Part shown: one piece after another, positions 59,501 through 64,000 of the stretch
How the letters are laid out: the number at the start of each line of letters is the position of its first letter
How positions within the stretch are numbered: the stretch's first letter is position 1
Assembly: GCA_973895155.1 (NCBI GenBank)
Contig: OZ316895.1
Span: forward strand, 20,536,803-20,600,802
Source of the DNA: Marsupella aquatica
Lineage: Eukaryota; Plantae; Marchantiophyta
Length of the DNA: 64,000 nucleotides
Direction of reading: 5' to 3'
Notes under the pieces: model-generated
The model's input: the letters and a program-made list of their open reading frames with translations, nothing else
Databases searched by the model: none
Told to the model about the DNA's origin: nothing
Position numbers and translations under genes: made by a program

Positions 59501-61197
59501 TTCTCCAGCAATTTCAGCAGATTCTGTATGCCTGGTTGCTGCATCGGCAAGTCCTCCTTCCTCAGCCTAAACACCTGCTCGATTGTAGGACTGTCGGGCT
59601 GGGTTGGTTTCTCTGTTGCCGGCCTTGGTTCCGGAACCTCCTCTGCTGCTCTTGCCTGCAGGGGCAGTACCGGGGCGAATATCTGGCTTTGGGCATACCG
59701 GCACAACAACGGCATGTGATAACCAAGTCAGGACATGCTTCCCATGCCGATCACCAGCTGTTCCTCCTTCAAGATCTTCTTTAGTTGGGTGAGGAGGTAC
59801 CCGTTGTAGTCTCGTCTTGGGTCTGGCCTCTCCGCCAGATAGACCTGTTCCTTGCCGATCTCTGCCCTCGGCAAGTTACAATGCATGGTCACCTGCAAGA
59901 AATCAATTATTTCTCCTATGTGCGGGTTGGTGCAGGTGTTTCGGAAGAAGCCATTCTTTGTTGATGGCCCTGGAAACGACCAAAACTCCTTGTCTGGCAA
60001 GGACTTCCTGGTATCTACTTTGGTCTTATTGCCCATCGGAAAGCCAAACACTTCGGCAATCACCCGGGGAGTGAGATAGAACTCCTTCCCATACACCCTT
60101 GTGGAATTGGTCTCGGGCTCCCATGATCCCACGAATTCCAGTAAGTCTGAATCCGGCACCTCCGGCTTCAGCCATGGTAACTTTACGAATGCTTCCAAGC
60201 CGGATCCGGCCATAAAGCCCTGGTATTTTTGAGTCTGCATAGCCGTAAAGCATGCATCCTCTTCCCGCGCAAAGTGTAATTGCACCTCCTCGGGGAGGGT
60301 CGCCACCCAGCCTTTCCAGGTTTCATCTCTTGTTGGAACGGCATTGACGGGGTCAACCTCCTCCTCTTTGGCTTCCGCCTGCCTCCTGCTTCCCTGCTCT
60401 GCTGGTTTTCTGGGTACCGCCGACCTCATTCTTTTCGCAGGGGTGGCTTCTTCATTGTTGTTCCCTTTCCTCTTCATAGCGGCTGCCGTGGATGTTTCTC
60501 CTAGCACGGTTGCCTTCGTCCACCCCTCCGTGCTACCCTTCAACTCCCAGTGTATGTCATTGCAGTGGTTGATGGCCTCCCAGATGCCGACTATCTTGTT
60601 CTCACAAAACAGAAGATCGTCGAGTTCGTCGGTAGTAGGTGTCCACAAGAATTCAGTCGTAATGAGTTTTCCTCCTAGGAAAGCAGACTTCTGCAGCTCC
60701 CACAGCCGAGCGAGCTCCTGCCATTCTCGAGCCGCTCTCTTTGATTTTTCATCCTGGTAGGTCCCAATGTACTCAATTGCCCGTTCTAACAGGCATCCCC
60801 AAAAATGAGTAGCTTGATTGATGTTGCTCATACCCCTCTTGAGTTGATTGTCGGTATCTGCTTCCACCTTGAGTGCTTGCCTGAGCAACGGACAACAGTT
60901 GGCCTCGATCCCGTAGTCGTTCGCTTGGCTTGTGTTTGCAAATGAGACGCCAGTCCTTGCGCTCGGTCCTTACCCCCCCTGGCTGGTCTTCCTTCCCGTT
61001 GGTAGCCGCCGGTACTTAGCGCGCCCTAACCCTAATCGTGTTTCCCCCGGCGTCCTTACTTCGGCCTCGGCTCGGGTTCCATAGTCACCCTTAATTGTTT
61101 ATATTTCCCTATCTTTGTTACTATACTAAGGTGTTTCCTAGGGTATACTCCTGATTTTTATTTAAACTGGCCTAATGATTCTTGGCTAGGCATCACA
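56506..61197 (-). mobile_element. 4.7-kb integrase-type insertion (TG...CA, 5-bp TSD) without LTR pair or gag/pol; giant solo-LTR-like unit carrying a long ORF
   Basis: AGACA|TGTGGTGC ... GCATCACA|AGACA. Termini are 7/8 inverted matches. Removal restores the host Copia RNase H end. Confidence 0.85.
57411..61082 (-). pseudogene. ~1200-codon degraded ORF: PMD/plant-transposon-protein-like domain, low-complexity linker, long coiled coil, K-rich NLS-like motif
   Basis: ORFs 60888-59728, 59715-58996 and 58815-58141 are one frame separated by point stops. One frameshift near 58145 leads to 57914-57411. Motifs: GLEAFVKLPW...LLEFVGSWEPETNSTRVYGKEFYLTPRVIAEVFGFPMG; KPKKKKKRK. The start is uncertain. 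Confidence 0.75.
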
Positions 61198-61460
61198 AGA
61201 CACCGTGCTACTTTGCAAGTTTTGCATTTGCAGCACAAGTAGAGTAACAATATGTAATTTATGTATATGGGTTACTCAATCTTGTTATGGGTTACTCAAT
61301 CCTGTTATGGCTACGGCTTAATTCTAGTAACCCTTAGTTAACCTTAAATGGTTTTTAGGGGGACACCTATGGTTTTAGGTGATTGTCTAGAATTTCCCGC
61401 AGAGTATCTCATATGGATAGCAGAAATTGCAATCCCCAAGACTAGAGTCAAGGGGGAGTT

Positions 61461-61791
61461 TGTTAAGGATTGCTCTTAGTCTTGTGACTCAAAGGTTACG
61501 GCATTTAGGCTAACCATAGTTAGGGTCTTAGCTGAGGTTAGGTTAGTCGTGTGTGACCTTGTATATACCAGGGCTAGTGTAAGCCACTGGTGTGGTGTGC
61601 TTACTCATTGTAACGGAGCAACTTGAGGAAGAGGGAGAGCATGTGTGTTCGTCTACTCTTGAGGTAAGCTTGAGTGTTTGTGTGGACGTAGCCTTGGAGA
61701 AGAGGTGAACCACGTAGAGATTGTGTCGACTATGTGTGCATGGAATGAGTCATGGTTGTATGGTTGTTGCAAATGACGTCTTAGTTCAACA
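61461..61791 (+). repeat. 3' LTR (331 bp)
   Basis: Direct repeat of 50261-50592. Confidence 0.95.
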
Positions 61792-62264
61792 AATTCTAGT
61801 TAATTCTAGTTATAGAGAGGAGTCTCCTTTCAAGAATATCCCGTAGATATACACATGGAGAGTAGAAGCAATCATGCTAGGTAGTTGACTTGGGACTAGA
61901 ATTAAGGAGGAATTTGTTGGTACTTAACTCTAGCACCTGGTTAGGTTAACAAGAGCATCTAGACAAACTATGGTTAAGGGTTGTTGGGTTAGACTGGGTA
62001 TACCCTTGTGAGAGCACCTCATTGTGCTCATACTTAGATATCAATTTTAGGAGTAGAGACTGAGAGGGAGAGAAGAGGATTGTCATAGAGCAGCTTGTGA
62101 GCTTGCCAGGGTATGACGGATGTCCTGGTTTGTGCATATAAGGATTCTTCTCTAGGCCATGAGTGTAGCCAGATGGGGTGAACTACGTATCTATGTGTTG
62201 GTGTTGATTTCTTGCTTACGCTGTTTCCAACTACATTGTGCTGTGGAATATTTTACCAATATCA

Positions 62265-62811
62265 GTTTACCAAAATAATTTTGTTGGAGAGTTTTTGTAG
62301 ATAAAGTGACACATTATAGGTTTAGCAATTGCCCCAAGTAGGGTTTTTTAACATCAATTTGTTATAATTTATTTACATATGCTCTTGCTCTTTCCTATGT
62401 GTAGGTTATGAATTAGTTTTGGTTTGCTCTAGTTTAGAGAGGGGAAATTGTTGTTGGTCATTTGCTTAGTCATTGGGAAGATTGTTATACATTCACTCTT
62501 AGGTCTAGAGTAATGACTGTAGCCATAGTTAGGCTAATCGTAGTCTCATGTAGACTTGGCTAGGTTAGTCATGTTTCATACTATATACGCAAGCAAGTAT
62601 TTATTTGTGTGAGTAACTCAGGTTGATCATTACGAAGCCACTTGAAAGATAGTAAGAGTTTGTGTTGTGGAAACTTGGTATGGGCGACAGACCTAGAATG
62701 CAATAAAATCTCTTGTGTGTTCCCTTGGACGTAGCCTCATTGGAGGTGAACCATGTATCTCTTGTTATCAATTTAGACCCTTGTCGTGCGCATACGCATC
62801 GCTACACAACA
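62265..62811 (+). mobile_element. Degenerate Copia 3' end (RNase H tail, 3' UTR, PPT, LTR ~62483-62811) related to the 30227 family
   Basis: tttaccaaaataattttgttggagagttt...ggtttgctctagtttagagagggg parallels 35597-35775. The LTR shares tgtgttcccttggacgtagcctca..ggaggtgaacca.gtatctcttg. Confidence 0.7.
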
Positions 62812-64000
62812 TACATCGCTTGTCACACATATCCAAGCATAGTCACAATCCTATAACACAAACATAAAAGAATGGAGTACAAATGGAACCCATGTACACA
62901 TATGCCCAAAACCCACAACAATCTTCAATAGTGCAAATGAAACAACTATCCGACCTGCTCGATGCAATCACACAAGCATGTCAAGCCCAACACACCTTTA
63001 CTTCAAGGAATCCACATTACATGTACACAACCTGGTCAGCCACACCATAGCCACCAGAGCTTGTGCTCAAAGGCTCAACATTGAAAGATGAGGCCTTTGA
63101 GCCAACTCAAGGGGACAACTATCCTTCACACAAACTCAAACTAAACACTAAGTGCTCATATAATACACATACAAAACATCTATACCTAGATAGTGTGATA
63201 TACTATACTACCACTATAAATGGTGTGACACCCTTGAGATGTCTCACCCTAAGTGCACACTTTGTAAGTGAAAAACCTGGCTAACTGCAAGGCATAAAAT
63301 GTTCTTTCTCCCCATCATTTTGCACTTTTCTGCACTTTTTGTAAGTGCAAACAGGGCTCCACTAATTGACAAATATATAGGTGCAATTGATATGCAAATT
63401 CCAGTAAGTTGTTTTACTTTGACATAGTGCAAATTACAGTTAGTCCACAAGTTTCGTCAGACTACTGTGCACTTAGAGTGATAAATGCAAATCCCTTTTG
63501 CACATAGACAGCTTGGTCCAGGGAGTGTGCACTAAGAGAGTGAGACAAATGTACAGAAAACAACCCATGTGTCTCAGTTATAAGTCGAAGAAGGACTCAC
63601 CTAAACCCAGTCTTTGGGCCATTAAGCACTTTACAGTATAGTCTAATTTAAGGTTTGGAACATTCAAAGTGATGAGAGAATGAGAAGCTTTTAAGTTTCT
63701 TGATCCTATGATGACATGTGCATTCTAATGCCTTCCCATTTTAACTTCTTCGAAAAGTATAGAAAAACTGTTATCATATCATATTTAAGCTTAGTGAAGA
63801 AATCATTTGCTATATAATCTAATGGAAATGATTATAAATTTTCAGACGGGGAACACGAGGGAGAATTCAAGGCGGCTCGGATTATGTGCACGAGGTAAGG
63901 AGGTGCGGGCCAGGGGTGCAGGCCGTGGTCATAGATATTTATAAAGTAAAAGTATGTATTATCAGGTACATTGAAGGGAGCATCATTTGTGGCGGTCTTT

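Larger units (their letters stand above)
50261..61791 (+). mobile_element. Ty1/Copia LTR retrotransposon (Tork/Tnt1-like, related to 30227-36286) with a nested 4.7-kb insertion
   Basis: LTRs 50261-50592 and 61461-61791 (by-eye count ~13 transitions plus 1 indel) with AATTC TSD. PBS TGGTATCAGAGC at 50595; PPT AGGGGGAG at 61451. Confidence 0.95.
49050..62235 (+). mobile_element. Old, internally deleted Copia relic hosting younger insertions; 3' LTR-like segment at 61915-~62235
   Basis: Fragments homologous to the IN end (49053, 49466-49580). The RNase H end ECDSNSVIQIVANQ|MTCSRVKH...HIDIKYYF spans 49625-50185. The 3' UTR resumes at 61797, with PPT aaggaggaa before TGTTGG at 61915. The 5' boundary is not identified. 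Confidence 0.6.

Noticed and set aside
56506-61197. Ginger or Polinton-type autonomous DNA transposon
   Set aside because: No DDE integrase or polymerase motifs, and the inverted termini are only 8 bp.
63840-63900. Micro-exon (ttttcag|...gag|gtaagg)
   Set aside because: Splice-like motifs only, with no partner exons or recognisable peptide in the window.

Overview
Eukaryotic land-plant nuclear DNA; the LINE and Copia repertoire suggests a bryophyte/liverwort, but that is inference only. It holds three apparently intact host genes in a transposon-rich matrix. These are (1) an mTERF gene on the minus strand, running off the left edge, (2) a two-exon ~1091-aa coiled-coil protein ending in a transmembrane helix plus LVPT, the plant KASH-tail signature, and (3) an intronless ankyrin-TPR gene. 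The mobile elements are a Bianca-type Copia with 109-bp LTRs and a half-tRNA-Ile PBS, a 7.35-kb Tc2/pogo-like DNA transposon carrying a BRCT-domain cargo gene, a Tork/Tnt1-like Copia inside a Mutator-like MITE, a degenerate full-length L1-clade LINE, and a deeply nested Copia cluster at 49-62.8 kb. The most unusual observations are a 4.7-kb TG...CA unit with a 5-bp TSD, no LTR pair and no gag/pol, which encodes a ~1200-codon PMD-like/coiled-coil protein and contains an internal PPT plus LTR-like end; the candidate new KASH protein; a UGA stop at the same position between gag and protease in two related Copia families; and the BRCT-carrying pogo element. All homology calls come from reading motifs by eye; no database search was run.
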